Part shown: positions 1 to 12,300 of the stretch, piece after piece
Numbering within the stretch: position 1 is the first letter of the stretch
Layout of the letters: every line of letters starts with the position of its first letter
NCBI GenBank assembly: GCA_030832235.1
Contig: JAURJO010000361.1
Coordinates: forward strand, 1-43,064
Reading direction: 5' to 3'
From: Verrucomicrobiota bacterium
Lineage (GTDB): Bacteria; Verrucomicrobiota; Verrucomicrobiia; Opitutales; Opitutaceae
DNA: 43,064 nucleotides
Program-made: the position numbers and the translations under genes
The notes under the pieces: generated by a model
Database searches by the model: none
The model's input: the letters and a program-made list of their open reading frames with translations, nothing else
What the model was told of the DNA's origin: nothing

Positions 1-3000
1 CGATCGCCCCGCGCAGGACGCGCTCCAGGTGTTCCGGGCCCGAGAAATACTGGATCACCGAGTTGATCACCGTGAGATCATACGAGCCCGGCGGGATGTC
101 GCCGAAGTCGCCCGCCTCCGCCTGGCGCGCGCGCACCGCCTGGAGGTCCCGCTCCGCCGCCACGCGACGAACGGTCTCCACCGCGGCGGCCGACAAATCG
201 AGCCCGAGGTATTCGTCACAGGCGGGCGCGAGCGCAAAGAGGATCATGCCCGAACCCATCCCGATTTCGAGCACCCGCCGCGGCGCGCCCTCGCGCAACT
301 GCGCCACCGTGTCGTCCAGCCATTCCCGGATCTCCGCCGCAGCCATCGGCTCGCCGTCGTAGCTGCTGTTCCAGCCGATGATATTGAAGGTGGGATCGTC
401 CCCCACCCCGGAACCCGTGTAGTTTGCTTCGAACATCAACCGCCACTGGTCAACGTGCTCATGCTGCCACTGCGCTTGTTCCTCGCCGGGTTGGGCCGCC
501 TCGGTCGCCGCCGCCACATAAGCGACCACGCGCGTATCGCCCGGCCGGTCTTCGCGCAGGATCACCGAGGTCTCGCGCACGGCCGGATGCAGCGCCAGCG
601 CCGCCTCGATTTCGCCGGGCTCCACGCGGTAGCCGCGCAGCTTAAACTGGTCATCACAACGCCCGAGGAATTCGCACACCCCGTCGGCCCGCCGCACCAC
701 CCGATCACCGGTTCGATACATGCGAGCGCCCGCCTGGGGTGAATACGGATCCGGCCGGAAACGATCGGCTGTGAGGTCGGGACGGAAGCGATAGCCGCGA
801 GCCACGCCGGCCCCCCCGATCCACAACTCGCCCGGCACCCCCGCGGGCACAGGTTCCAACGCCGCGTCCAGCACATAGAGCCGGGTGTTCGCGATGGCCC
901 GCCCGATCGGGATCACCTCGCCCGCAAGGTCCGCCTCGGTCACTTCGTGCACGCAGCAGCCGACCACCGTTTCGGTGGGACCGTATTCGTTGATCAGTCG
1001 GGTCTCCGGCGCGTATCGCCGCCAGAAAGCCACGTGCGCCGGGAGCAGTTGCTCGCCGCCGATCACGAAACACCGCGCCCGCCCGCGCGCCTGGGCCGCC
1101 GGCAAAAGGTCGTTTAACAGATGCAGGTGCGCCGGCGTCACTTTCACCGGGGACGCGTCGCTTCCGGCCAGGAGCTGGCGCGCCAGTCCCTCGGGCCCGG
1201 CCGCCTCGCGCACGATGTCGATCGGCCGTCCCGCCAGCAGCGGGGGAAAGAGACTCGTCACCGTGAGGTCGAACGCGATCGAGGAATGCAACGGCGCCCC
1301 CTGCCCCGCTGCGACTTCGTAAGCTTTACCCGCCCAACAGAGGTAATTGATCAGGCCCGCATGGGTGATCTCGCTGCCCTTCGGCCGGCCGGTCGAACCC
1401 GAGGTGTAGATCACATAGGCGAGGCTCTCCGGGCGCAGACTCTCCGGCGGCCGGCTCTCGTCCCGCGCCCCCGCCGGCGGCAGGGTTGAGATATCAATCC
1501 AACGTTCCTCCGGCGCCCCGCTTGGCCGCGCGCGGCCGAGCACCCAGACGGCTCCGCTGTCCTCCAACATATACCGGAGACGCTCCACCGGATTCGCCGG
1601 ATCGAGCGGCAGGTAGGCGGCGCCCGTCTCCAGCACCCCGAGAATCGCCGCAACCAGTTCCGCGCTGCGCTCAAGCCACACCGCCACGATCTTCTCCGGC
1701 CCCACGCCCCGGGCGCGCAGCTCCGCCGCGATGCCGCGGGCCCGCGCGTCCAGTTCCCCGACCGTCCAGTGCGTGTCGCCATCCCGCACCGCGGTCACGC
1801 CGGGAGCCAGCGCCACCCGGGCCTGCCAGTGATCAACCACCGTGCCGGCCGGCCAAGCGTTCGCCGTGCTATCGGCCAAGTCCAGCAACTCCGCCCGCTC
1901 GGCGGCGCCGAGCAGCGGCAACAGCGCCAACGGTGCCTCGGGCGCCGCCAAGGCCGCCGTGAGGAGGGTCTGCCAATGCTCCACGAGACGCGCCATCGTC
2001 GCGGGGAGAAACAGGCGGCGGTCATACGCCAACGTGCCCGCCAGCGTGCCGTGGTGGTCGCTCAAAAACACTTCGAGGTCGAAGCGCGCCGATTGGTCAT
2101 CGTCCAGGCGTGCCACGGTCAACCCCGGCAAGGCGAGCGCGCCCCCCGGCGCATTCTGAAACGCCAGCGCCACCTGGAACAGCGGATGGCGATTGGCCCG
2201 CCGCACCGGCTTGAGTTCATCGACAATCTGCTGGAACGGAATCTCGCCGAACTCGTGCGCCGCCAACATCCGTGCCCGCACGTCGCGCACGAGTTGGCGA
2301 AAGCCCCCGGTGCCGTCCACCCGCGCGCGCACCACAAGGAGGTTCACGAAAAACCCGATCAGGTTCTCCACTTCCCGCGGCGAACGGTTCGCCGACGGCA
2401 TGCCCAACGCGATATCCGTCTCGCCCGTGTAGCGCGCCAGCAAGGCATGGAGACTCGCGGCCACCACCATGGCGGGAGTCGCGCCCTCCGCCTCGGCCAG
2501 CGCCCGCACCGACGCGGCGAGCGCCGCCGGCCAAGTGAAGGTCAAACGCCCGCCTTCGATCGGGCCCGCCAAGGTGGGGCGGCGAAAATCCGTCGGGAGT
2601 TCCATCTCCGGCAGTCCCGCGAGTTCCTGGCACCACCATTCGAGTCCGGTCCGCACTTGCTCTTTGCCCCATCGGCCGCGCTGCCACGCGGCGTAGTCCC
2701 CGTAACTGATCGGCAGCGGCGCCCACGCCACCTCCCGGCCCGCGTTTTCCGCCGCATAACCTTCGCCCAAATCCCGCGCAAACACGCCGATCGACCAGCC
2801 GTCCCCGATGACGTGGTGCAGCGCAATGATCAGGACATGCCGCTGCGGCGAACGGCGGAGCAACGTCGCGCGAAACAGAGGCCCGCGCAGCAAATCAAAG
2901 ACCCGCTGGGTCTCCTCCGCCACGCGTCGCGTCACCGCCGCGTCGTCCGCCACGTCCTCCACGGGCAAGTCGAACGCACCCGCCGCCCCAACGTGTTGCC

Positions 3001-3316
3001 GCAAGGTGCCGCCCTCCGCCCGCAACGTCGTGCGCAGCACCGCATGCCGTCGCACCACCGCCGCGAGCGCCCGCGCCAGCGCCGCGACGTCGAGGCTGCC
3101 CTCGAGGGCGAGCGCCGCCGACATGTTCATCGCCGACGACTCCGGCTCCAGCTGTTGCAGGAGCCACAAGCGCTCCTGCTGGAACGAAGCCGGCGCCGGT
3201 TCGCCCTCGGGCAGGCGGGGAATCGTGCTCTCGGTGCGCTCGATGCCTTCGTCCGCCAAAAGCTGGGCGAGCAGGTCGAGTTCCAGATCGTCGGCGTCGG
3301 GCTTCATGGGATTCAT
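1..3316 (-). CDS. NRPS 4 (partial, runs off the left edge): C(LCL)-A(Asn) interrupted by an N-methyltransferase; module 8
   Basis: Absent from the ORF track, consistent with no stop codon inside the window. ATG at 3316 overlaps the TGA of the upstream NRPS (ATGA). Manual translation in one frame: MNPMKPDADDLELDLLAQLL...SFQQERLW, HHVIGDGWS (~2792-2818), YVIYTSGSTGRPKG (~1380-1415), FDLTVTS/VKVTP/FVIGGE/NEYGPTETVVGC giving code DLTK(V/I)GEVG (Asn-type). After A8 (GRCDDQFKLRGYRVEPGEIE) comes an MT with GWNSSYDG, VLEIGMGSG and INSVIQYF. Confidence 0.92.
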   Translation of the reverse strand, partial: MNPMKPDADDLELDLLAQLLADEGIERTESTIPRLPEGEPAPASFQQERLWLLQQLEPESSAMNMSAALALEGSLDVAALARALAAVVRRHAVLRTTLRAEGGTLRQHVGAAGAFDLPVEDVADDAAVTRRVAEETQRVFDLLRGPLFRATLLRRSPQRHVLIIALHHVIGDGWSIGVFARDLGEGYAAENAGREVAWAPLPISYGDYAAWQRGRWGKEQVRTGLEWWCQELAGLPEMELPTDFRRPTLAGPIEGGRLTFTWPAALAASVRALAEAEGATPAMVVAASLHALLARYTGETDIALGMPSANRSPREVENLIGFFVNLLVVRARVDGTGGFRQLVRDVRARMLAAHEFGEIPFQQIVDELKPVRRANRHPLFQVALAFQNAPGGALALPGLTVARLDDDQSARFDLEVFLSDHHGTLAGTLAYDRRLFLPATMARLVEHWQTLLTAALAAPEAPLALLPLLGAAERAELLDLADSTANAWPAGTVVDHWQARVALAPGVTAVRDGDTHWTVGELDARARGIAAELRARGVGPEKIVAVWLERSAELVAAILGVLETGAAYLPLDPANPVERLRYMLEDSGAVWVLGRARPSGAPEERWIDISTLPPAGARDESRPPESLRPESLAYVIYTSGSTGRPKGSEITHAGLINYLCWAGKAYEVAAGQGAPLHSSIAFDLTVTSLFPPLLAGRPIDIVREAAGPEGLARQLLAGSDASPVKVTPAHLHLLNDLLPAAQARGRARCFVIGGEQLLPAHVAFWRRYAPETRLINEYGPTETVVGCCVHEVTEADLAGEVIPIGRAIANTRLYVLDAALEPVPAGVPGELWIGGAGVARGYRFRPDLTADRFRPDPYSPQAGARMYRTGDRVVRRADGVCEFLGRCDDQFKLRGYRVEPGEIEAALALHPAVRETSVILREDRPGDTRVVAYVAAATEAAQPGEEQAQWQHEHVDQWRLMFEANYTGSGVGDDPTFNIIGWNSSYDGEPMAAAEIREWLDDTVAQLREGAPRRVLEIGMGSGMILFALAPACDEYLGLDLSAAAVETVRRVAAERDLQAVRARQAEAGDFGDIPPGSYDLTVINSVIQYFSGPEHLERVLRGAI

Positions 3317-6300
3317 GCGCTGCCCCCCCGCCGCTGCGCGAGCAACCGGGCGCACTCTTCCGGACTCAGGGCGCGCACCTGCAGCCAGACTTGCGCCGTG
3401 CGCCGGGCGCGGCCCGCGGCCGGTTCCGCCGCCACCAGCGCCCGGGCGACGCGCTCCGGTGTCGCAGTCTCGAAAAAGACGCGCAACGGCAGCTCGATTT
3501 GAAACACCTGCCGCAAGCGCGCGAGCACCTGCGCGGCCAACAACGAGTGCCCGCCCAGATCAAAGAAGCTGTTGAACGCCCCCACCCGCGCGACCTCCAG
3601 CACTTCCTGCATCACCGTCGCCACGGCCTTTTCCACTTCGTCGCGCGGCGCGACAAAATCCGTCGCGTCGGCCGCGCCCACCGGGGCGGGCAGCGCCCGG
3701 CGGTCGAGCTTGCCGTTCGGTGTGAGCGGGAGTTGCGGCAAGTTCACGAAGACCGCCGGGACCATGTAGTCGGGGAGCCTCTCCCGGAGCGCCGCACCCA
3801 ACGCGACGAGGTCGAGCGCCGGGGCGGCGACCAGGTAACCCACCAGACGTTTCGCGCCCGGTCGATCCTCCCGCACCGCCACCGCGGCACCCGTAACGCC
3901 GGGGTGCAGCCGCAACGCGGTTTCGATTTCCCCCAACTCGATGCGGAAGCCGCGCAGCTTCACCTGCTGGTCGATGCGACCGAGGAACTCGAGTTCCCCC
4001 GCCGCCGTCCGCCGCACCAGATCCCCGGTCGCATAGAGACGCGCGCCCGGCGCGCCGAAGGGATCCGGCACGAACTTCTCCGCCGTCAGGTCCGGACGTC
4101 CCAAATAACCACGCGCCAAACCCTCGCCGCCGATAAACAATTGTCCGGCGACGCCCGAGGGCACGGGGTTCAGCCCGGCGTCGAAAATTCGCACCGTGGT
4201 ATGGGCGATCGGGGCTCCGACAAACGCCGCCTCCGCCGGTGTCGTGATGCGCCGGGCCGTGGACCAAATCGTCGTCTCGGTCGGTCCATATAGATTCCAC
4301 AAGTGGCAACCACGCTCCAACCAGGCCGCCGCCAGATCCGTCGGCAGGGCTTCGCCTCCACACCACGCCTGCAGCGCGGTCGACGGTCTCCAGGCCACCG
4401 TCAGCAGCAAGCGCCAGGTGGCCGGGGTGGCTTGCAGGAGGGTGGCCCCGCTCTGCGCCAGCGCCGCCACCAGCCGAGGCGCATCCGCCGCCGTTTCCCG
4501 CGAGGCCAGCGCCAGCCGCGCGCCCGCGACGAGCGGCAGGAAGAGCTCGATCCCGGCGATGTCGAAGGAAAGGGTGGTGACCGCCAGCATCGTATCCTTT
4601 TCTACAATACCGGGAGACTCCGCGAAGTGACCGAGCACATTGGCCAGCGCTCCGTGGGTCACCTGGACGCCTTTCGGTCGCCCGGTGGAACCCGAGGTAA
4701 AGATCACGTAGGCCAGCTCGTCGGCCCGGCTGAGGTGCGCGGCAAAGTTTTCCGGCGCCGCAGGGGGGGCGGCGGCCGCCGTATCGATGAGCACGCGTTC
4801 GACCCCGGCCGGGAAGAGCCCCGGGCGGTCCGCCAGCGGGTGCGCCGTCACGACCAGCCGCAGGCCGCTCTCCTCTTGCATCGCTTGCAAACGCGCGAGC
4901 GGGAAGCCCGGGTCAAGCGGCACGTAGGCCGCGCCCGTCTTCAAAATCGCCAGCAGCGCCACGACCATTTCCGGCGAGCGCTCCAGGCAAACGCCCACCA
5001 GCCGGCCGGGCCCCGCGCCGCGCGTCGCGAGCAGTCTCGCCAGCCGCGCCGCCCGGGCCTCGAGCTCGCCGCGCGTGAGCGTGGCCGCCTCGGCATCCTC
5101 GACCCCGCACGCGACGATCGCCGCCGCGTCCGGCGCGAGGCGCGCCTGTTCCGCCACGCGGAGATGCACCGCCCGTCGATCCCACTCGGACCGCACCGCG
5201 GAGTCGCCCGACACCGCCAGCCGGCGCGCCTCGTCGGCCGCGACAAGGGGCAGCGCTTCAACCGGGAGGTCCGCTTCCGTCGCTAGCATCGCCAGCACGT
5301 GCCGCATCTGCTCCGCGACCGCCCGAATCGTTTCCTCCTTGAAGCGATCCACCGCGTAGTCGAACCGCAGCGCGAGGTGCTCGCCCGGTTCGGCATACAC
5401 CGTCAGCGGGAAGTTGGTTTGCTCGTGGGCGGAGATCCGGCCGAAGCGCAGTCCCGCCGCCGAGCCCTCCTTCGCCGCCCCTAGGGGATAGTTTTCGAAA
5501 ACGAGCGCCGTTTCAAAGAGCGGCCGGCCGCGCGGCAGTCCGCTCCACCCAAGCACGTCCACGAGGCGGCTCGCCTGGTGCGCGCGCAGGGCCACGTTGT
5601 CCTCCTGTAGTCGGCGCAACCACGCATGCACGGGTTCACCGGAAGCCGCAGGCACGCGGAGGGGCAGCGTGTTGATGAAGAGGCCCACGATTCCGTCCGC
5701 GCCCGGCAGATCTTCCGGGCGTCCCGAAACCACTACGCCAATCACCGCCTCATCGACGCCAAGGTGGCGACTCAGCACGAGTCCCCACGCCGCCTGGACG
5801 CAGGTGCTGAGGGTGAGGCCGCTCTGCCGCACGAAACGGAGGAGCGCCGCCTGCGCCGGACCTTCGAGCACCACTTTGGCCGAGGCATGACTCGGGCCGC
5901 CGGGGGCCGCCGGGGTCGGGCGTTCGCCTAGCGCCAGCGCGGGAGCCTCCGCCGCGCCCGCGAGGTAGCGACGCCAAAACGCTTCCGCCGCCGCCGGCTC
6001 CCGGCGCGCGAGCCACGTCACAAAGTCGCGATAAGACGCGCCGGGCGGCAAAGACTGACGCGACCACGCGAGTTTGAGATCGCGCAACAACAAGGGGAGC
6101 GACCAGCCGTCGAGCAGGAGGTGATGGTGCGTGAACACCAGTCTCCCCGTCGTGGGTCCAAAACGCGCCCACGCCACTCGCCAGAGAGGCGCGCGCGAGA
6201 GATCAAAACCGCGGTGGCGATCCTCCCCCAGCCAGGCCGCCCACGCCGCCTCGCGTTCCGCCGTGGGGCGCGTGGTCCAGTCCAACGTGGTCCAGTCCAT

Positions 6301-9300
6301 CTCCACCGCCGAAGCGACGACCTGCCGCGCCCCGGGCATACCTTCCCAGGCAAACGCCACCCGCAGGATGGCATGACGACGCATCACCGTTTCCCACGCG
6401 GCCCGCAGGCGCGCTTCGTCCACTTCACCCGCGATCTCGATGACGAGCTGCTGCGTGTAAACCCCGGCGACCCCTTCGTGTTGGGCGTGCACGAGCATGC
6501 CTTCCTGCAGCGGCGCGAGCGTCCAGATGTCCTCCACATCGGCGCGCTCCGCGAGCACGGTCGTCAATTGCGATTGATCCAGTTGCGCCAACGGGAAGTC
6601 GGAGGGTGCCGCAGTCCAGCGCACCGCCGACGCGGCCCGCAGTTGCGCGGCGAGATCGCCGAGTTCGCGCAGCATGCGCGCGAGCAGGCGTTCCACCGTG
6701 GCCCGCTGGTGACGCCGGGTACCGAAGATGCACTCGATGCGCAGGCCGTCGTGACCCACCGCCGCCATCACATCGAGGGCGTGCGCCCGCGGGCTCTCCG
6801 GCGCATGATCCGGCCCGATGGGTTCGGCGGCCGCAGCAAAGGGGCCCTCGGCCTCCAGCGCGAGATCCAGCCGACCAAGATAATTAAAGCTGATCTCCGC
6901 CGGCGCCGCAAGCGCGTCGCCACCCGCCGCATGACGCAGCCACCCGTAGGCCGCACCGTGCGCCGTCGCCGCGCGGACGCTCTCTTTCACCGCCGCGAGG
7001 CGCTCCGGGGGACTCGCCGCCGGCGTGGCCGCCAACGTTACGGGATAGAGCGCGGTGAACCAGCCCACCGTGCGGGAAACGTCGATCGTCTCCCCAAGCG
7101 CATCGCGTCCATGTGATTCGAGATTCACCCGCACCGCCGCGCGGCCCGTCCAGTCCTGCACCGCCGCCAACAGCGCGGAGAGGAGCATTTCGTCGATTCG
7201 GCTCCGTGCCACCACTCCGGCGCGTTCGAGCAACACCGTCGTGTCCGCTCGCGCCAGTGTCATCGCCACGGCAGCGGCCTCCCGTTCGTGGTTATCCGCC
7301 ACCCCCGCCGGGAAATCACTGGGCAACGGGACCGCGGCTCGCGCCGCCTCCGCCTGCCAAAACTCGCGCGCCGCCGCGAAGTCCCGCCGCGCCGCCGCGG
7401 CCGCCCACGCAGGAAAGGCCACGGCAGCCGGGGGCACCGCTTCACCAAGCAGCCCCGCCGCCACCTCGGCGAAAATGATGCGCCACGAAACGGCATCGAT
7501 CACGAGGTGATGCGCCACCGCGATCAGGCGTCCGCTTCCACCGTCCACACCGGGAATCCAGCAGGCGCGCACGAGCGGACCGGCCGCCAGATCGAGCGAT
7601 TGCTGCAGCGCCGCTGCCTCCCTGGCCATCGCCGCCGCCAACGCGGAAGCGCCGGGCGCGGGGGCCGGAATTTCAATCAGGTCGGGCACCGCCTCCGCCG
7701 TTTCCACGAGGTATTGTTTCCAGCCGCCCGCCCCGCGCGTGAAACGCAGGCGGAACGCCGCATGTCGGCTCAGGACCACCCGCCACGCCGCACGCAACGC
7801 CGCCAAGCCCACCTCCGGCCGCGTGGTCACGGCGACCGCTTGATTCCAGTAACCCGGGATCGGCGACGCCAAGGCGAAGAACTCCCGCTGGATGGGTGTG
7901 AGCGGAATATCCGCCGGGTCGAAGTGCAGCTCCGGTGCCGTCGCACTCAGCGGCCGCGCCAGGGCCGCGAGGCCGCCGAGGGTCGGACTGGTGAACACAT
8001 CGCCCGCCCGTAAACGCCAACCGGCCTGCGCCAGCAGCGACACAAGGCGTAGGCTAAGAATGGAGTCTCCCCCCGCCTGGAAGAAGTCGTCCTCCAAACT
8101 GGCTTCGCGCACCGCTAGCGTGCGACCCCACGCTTGGGCCATGGCCCGCTCCACCTCGGTGCGCGGCGCCGTGCGCGGCCCGCCCTCGGTCGGGGTTACC
8201 GCATCCGAGGCCGGCAGCGCTCGCCGATCAAGTTTACCTCCCAGAGTCAGGGGCATCCGGTCGAGTCGACCAATCGTCGCCGGCACCAACGCTTCGGGCA
8301 GGTCGGCCCGCAGGGCCGCGAGCGCGGCCGCTTCATTGAAGTCGGAACTCGCCACGACATATGCAGCGATCCGCCGCGCGCCATTCGCTCCGTCGTGCAC
8401 CGCCGCCGCCGCTGCCGTGACCCCAGGGAGGGCCGCGAGCCGCGATTCCAATTCGCCGAGCTCCACCCTCTGGCCGCGGATTTTAATCTGCCCGTCGCGA
8501 CGGCCCACAAACCGCAGGCGTCCGTCCTCGTCGCAGCGCGCGAGGTCACCCGTGCGATACAGCCGGGCTCCCGGCTCCCGCGCGAAGGGATGCGGCAAGA
8601 ACCGCTCCGCCGTCAGCGCCGGCTGATCCAGATAACCGCGCGCAAGGGGCGCGCCGCCGATCCAGAGTTCGCCAACCACGCCCGGTAGAACCGGCTCAAG
8701 ATTCGCGCTCAGCAGGAACACCTCGGCGTTCGCCACCGGCGAACCCAACGAAACCTCCCCCTCCGGCGCACAGCGTTCGAAGGTCGCATCGATCGTGGCT
8801 TCGGCCGGCCCATAGAGATTGATCAACGCCACGTCGGGCAGCGCGGTGAGAAAGCGGTCGCGCGTCGCGGTGCGCAGGGCCTCGCCCCCGCTGAAAACCC
8901 GCCGCAGGCCGGGGACCGGGGATCGAACCGCCTCTTCGATAAAGAAATCCAGGACGGAGGGCACGAGTTGCAGCACCGTGACACCCTGGGCCCGCACAAT
9001 CTCCGCCAGCATCGCCGGGTCGTGTTGCGCGCCGGGGCGCGCCATCACCAGCCGCGCACCCGCCACCAGGGGCGCCCAGAATTCCCAGACCGAGGCGTCA
9101 AAACTCACCGGCGTCTTCTGCAACACCGCGTCCTCCGCCGAGAGCGGAAAGGCCGCCTGCATCCAGGCCATGTGGTTCACCAGCGCCGCCTGAGAAACCG
9201 CGACGCCCTTCGGCCCCCCGGTCGAGCCCGAGGTGAAAATCACATAGGCGAGCTGCGCGCCGAGGATCTCCACCGCAGGCACCGTCACTGGCTCCCGGGC

Positions 9301-12300
9301 GATCTCCGGCCACGTTGCCCCCCAGGCCACCGCGCCGACGGCGAACGCCGCACTCTCCGCCAACACGAGTCGCGCGCCGCTGTCGGTCAACATCTCGGCG
9401 ACGCGTCCGGCCGGGTAAGCGGGATCAATCGGCACATAAGCCGCCCCGGCCTTGAGCACCCCAAGCAGGGCCACAACGAGGTGAGTCGAGCGCTCCATGG
9501 CGATCGCCACCCGGTCGTCGCGCCCCACCCCACGACCACGCAGCCAGTGCGCGAGCTGGTTGGCGCGGCGCTCCAGTTCGTCGTAACTGAGCGTCCCCTC
9601 GTCCGCCACCACCGCCGGAGCCGCCGGGGTGCGCGCCGCCTGCGCGCTCACCAAGGCCGCGATCAAAATTCCTTCGTCCGCAAACTCCCCCATCTCCCCC
9701 GCCTCCTCCGCGAGCAGGGCGGTGCGCGGCGCATCGGGGAGGAGAGAGAGCGTGCGCCACGCCGCCGTCGGTGTGGTCGCGATGGCTTCCAACACCCGGC
9801 CAAACAGGGTCGGCAACGCCTCGATCAAACGCGCATCGAGCGCCCCGCCGTCGCACGCCGCCATGCCGCCGAGCGATCCGTCGTTCGGGTCCACGCCGAA
9901 ATTCACCGCAATCGTGAAATTCGTTTCCTCCTGGGCCCGCGTGTCCAGGCGCTCCAGCGCCTGCAAACCGCCCAGGGCGTCGTAGACATGGAAGTTAACG
10001 AAGTTGAAATCCGTCGTGAAGAGCGGTCCCCCGCCCTGCCGCTTCTGCATCTCCGCCAACGGCAGCCAGCGGTGCGGCAGCAAGGCCTTCTCGGCGGCGA
10101 AGACCGACCGCACCAGATCCGCCCAGGTATCGACGCGGTCCAGCGCCACGCGGAGGGGCACGGTGTTCAAGAACAGCCCCACGATGCGCTCCGACCCCGC
10201 CACCTCGGGCCGGCCGTTCGTGACGAGACCCGTGACGATGTCATCTCGTCCCCCCAGCGCCGCCAGCACGCGGGCATGCGCGGCCAGCAGGACCGATTTC
10301 AACGGCACGCCCAAACTCTCCGCCGTGCGCGTGAGGGCCGCCGCCAACGCCGCCGGTAGCACCAGCGGCCGCTGCACCACGCCGGCGCGAGCCCGCGTCC
10401 CGTCGCCGGGACCGGGCAACTCAAGCAGTTCGGCACCGTCCAAAGTCTCCGCCCAAAACCGCCGCGTGGCCGCATCGGCCAGCGCCGCGCGCTCCAGGGC
10501 GACGTAGTCGCGATAGCCCACCGGGATCGCCGCCGTCGCCGCCGGAGGTTCTCCGCGCCCGATCCGCGCCAGGTAACGCACGAACAACTCCGTCAGCAGC
10601 GAGGCCAGCGACCAGCCGTCGATAATCGCGTGGTGCAAGGCCAGCGTGAATTGAAACTCCTCCGGCCCGCGCCGGTGCACGTAGGCGCGCGCCAACGGCG
10701 GCCGACTCCAGTCGAAGGTCCGCTGCGCTTCATCGTGCACGAAGCGGTCGAGCCATTCCTCCTGCGCCGGCGGCGGCAGGTGCGGGATGTCGCCGCTCAC
10801 CAGCGGCCAGCCGGCCCGGCCATGGACCAGTTGCAACGGCTCCGAAAAGGCCGCGAGGTCGAAGGAGGTCCGCAACACCGCATGGCGTTGCACGAGGGCG
10901 TCGAGCTCCTGCTGCAACGCGCCCAAATCCAGCGGCCCACGTAGGTGATGGCTGAATACATCGTGATACAACGCCCCGCCGGAGGCCGCCTGACTGTGGA
11001 ACAGCATGCCCGCCTGCAGTCGCGTCACCGGATACGCGTCCTCCAGCCCCTCGGGAAGCCGCGCGCGATCGTCCGCGGTGAGCAGCGCGAAGGGCGGGAG
11101 CGATGCGCCCGCCTGCGTCTCGCCCGCCGACTCCGCCGTCGTCAACTCCACCGCCGACTCCGCCGCCGCCGGCTCCGCGGCCAGCTCGGCGATGGTCTGC
11201 TTTTCGAAAAGATCCTGGAGCGAGAACTCGATCCCGCGTTCCCGCGCCCGCGAGCACACGGTAATGCCCATGATCGAGTCACCCCCGAGCGCGAAATAAC
11301 TCGCCGTCACGCCGACACGTTCGACGCCCAGCGTGGAGGACCAGATTTCCGCGAGGATGCGCTCGCGCTCGGTCCGCGGCTCGACGTGCTCGGCGGAAAC
11401 CTCGGCCAACAAGCCGGACGGCTCCGGCAACGCCCGCCGATCGATCTTGCCGTTCGCCGTGAGCGGGAAGGCGTCCAGCCCCACCAGCGCCGAGGGCACC
11501 ATATACTCCGGCAAACGCGTCAGGAGATGGTCGCGCATCACCTCGACGGTCAATCGCTCCTCACCCCGCGGCACGACGTAAGCCACGAGGCGCTTCTCGG
11601 CCCCGGGCGCATCCGCGCGGGCGAGCACGACGGCCTCGCGCACCTCCGGGTGCATCAGGAGCACGTTCTCGATTTCACCGAGCTCGATGCGGAAGCCGCG
11701 GATTTTTACCTGGTCGTCGATGCGCCCGAGGTAGTCGAGGTCGCCATCGGCCATTCGCCGGGCCAGATCGCCCGAGCGGTAGAGCTTGCCGTTGGCGGAC
11801 ACGCCGTGCGGATCCGGCACGAAGCGCTGCGCGGTGAGTTCCGGGCGGTTGAGGTAGCCGACCGCGAGGCTCACGCCCGCGACGTTGAGTTCGCCCGGCA
11901 CGCCAATCGGGCACAGGTGACCGCGCACGTCGAGCACGAGCAGCGGCGTATCGACGATCGGCTGGCCGATGAAGCTGCCGCGACCCTCATAAGCATCGGC
12001 GCGCGACAGCGGCCGGTAGGTGGTGAAGACCGTCGTTTCGGTGATACCATACATGTTCACCAGCGTGGGTTGGGTGTCCCCATGACGCTCGAACCAGGAC
12101 CGGAGACTGGCGAACTCCAGGGCCTCGCCGCCAAAGATAACGTAGCGCAACGACAACGCACGCGGATCCGCCACCTGCTCCTCAGCTTTCATGAGCTGGC
12201 GGAAGGCGGACGGCGTCTGGTTGAGGATCGTCACCCGCTCGCGAATCAAGAGGTCGCAGAAAGCCGCCGGTTCGCGGCTTGTGAAATACGGCACCACCAC

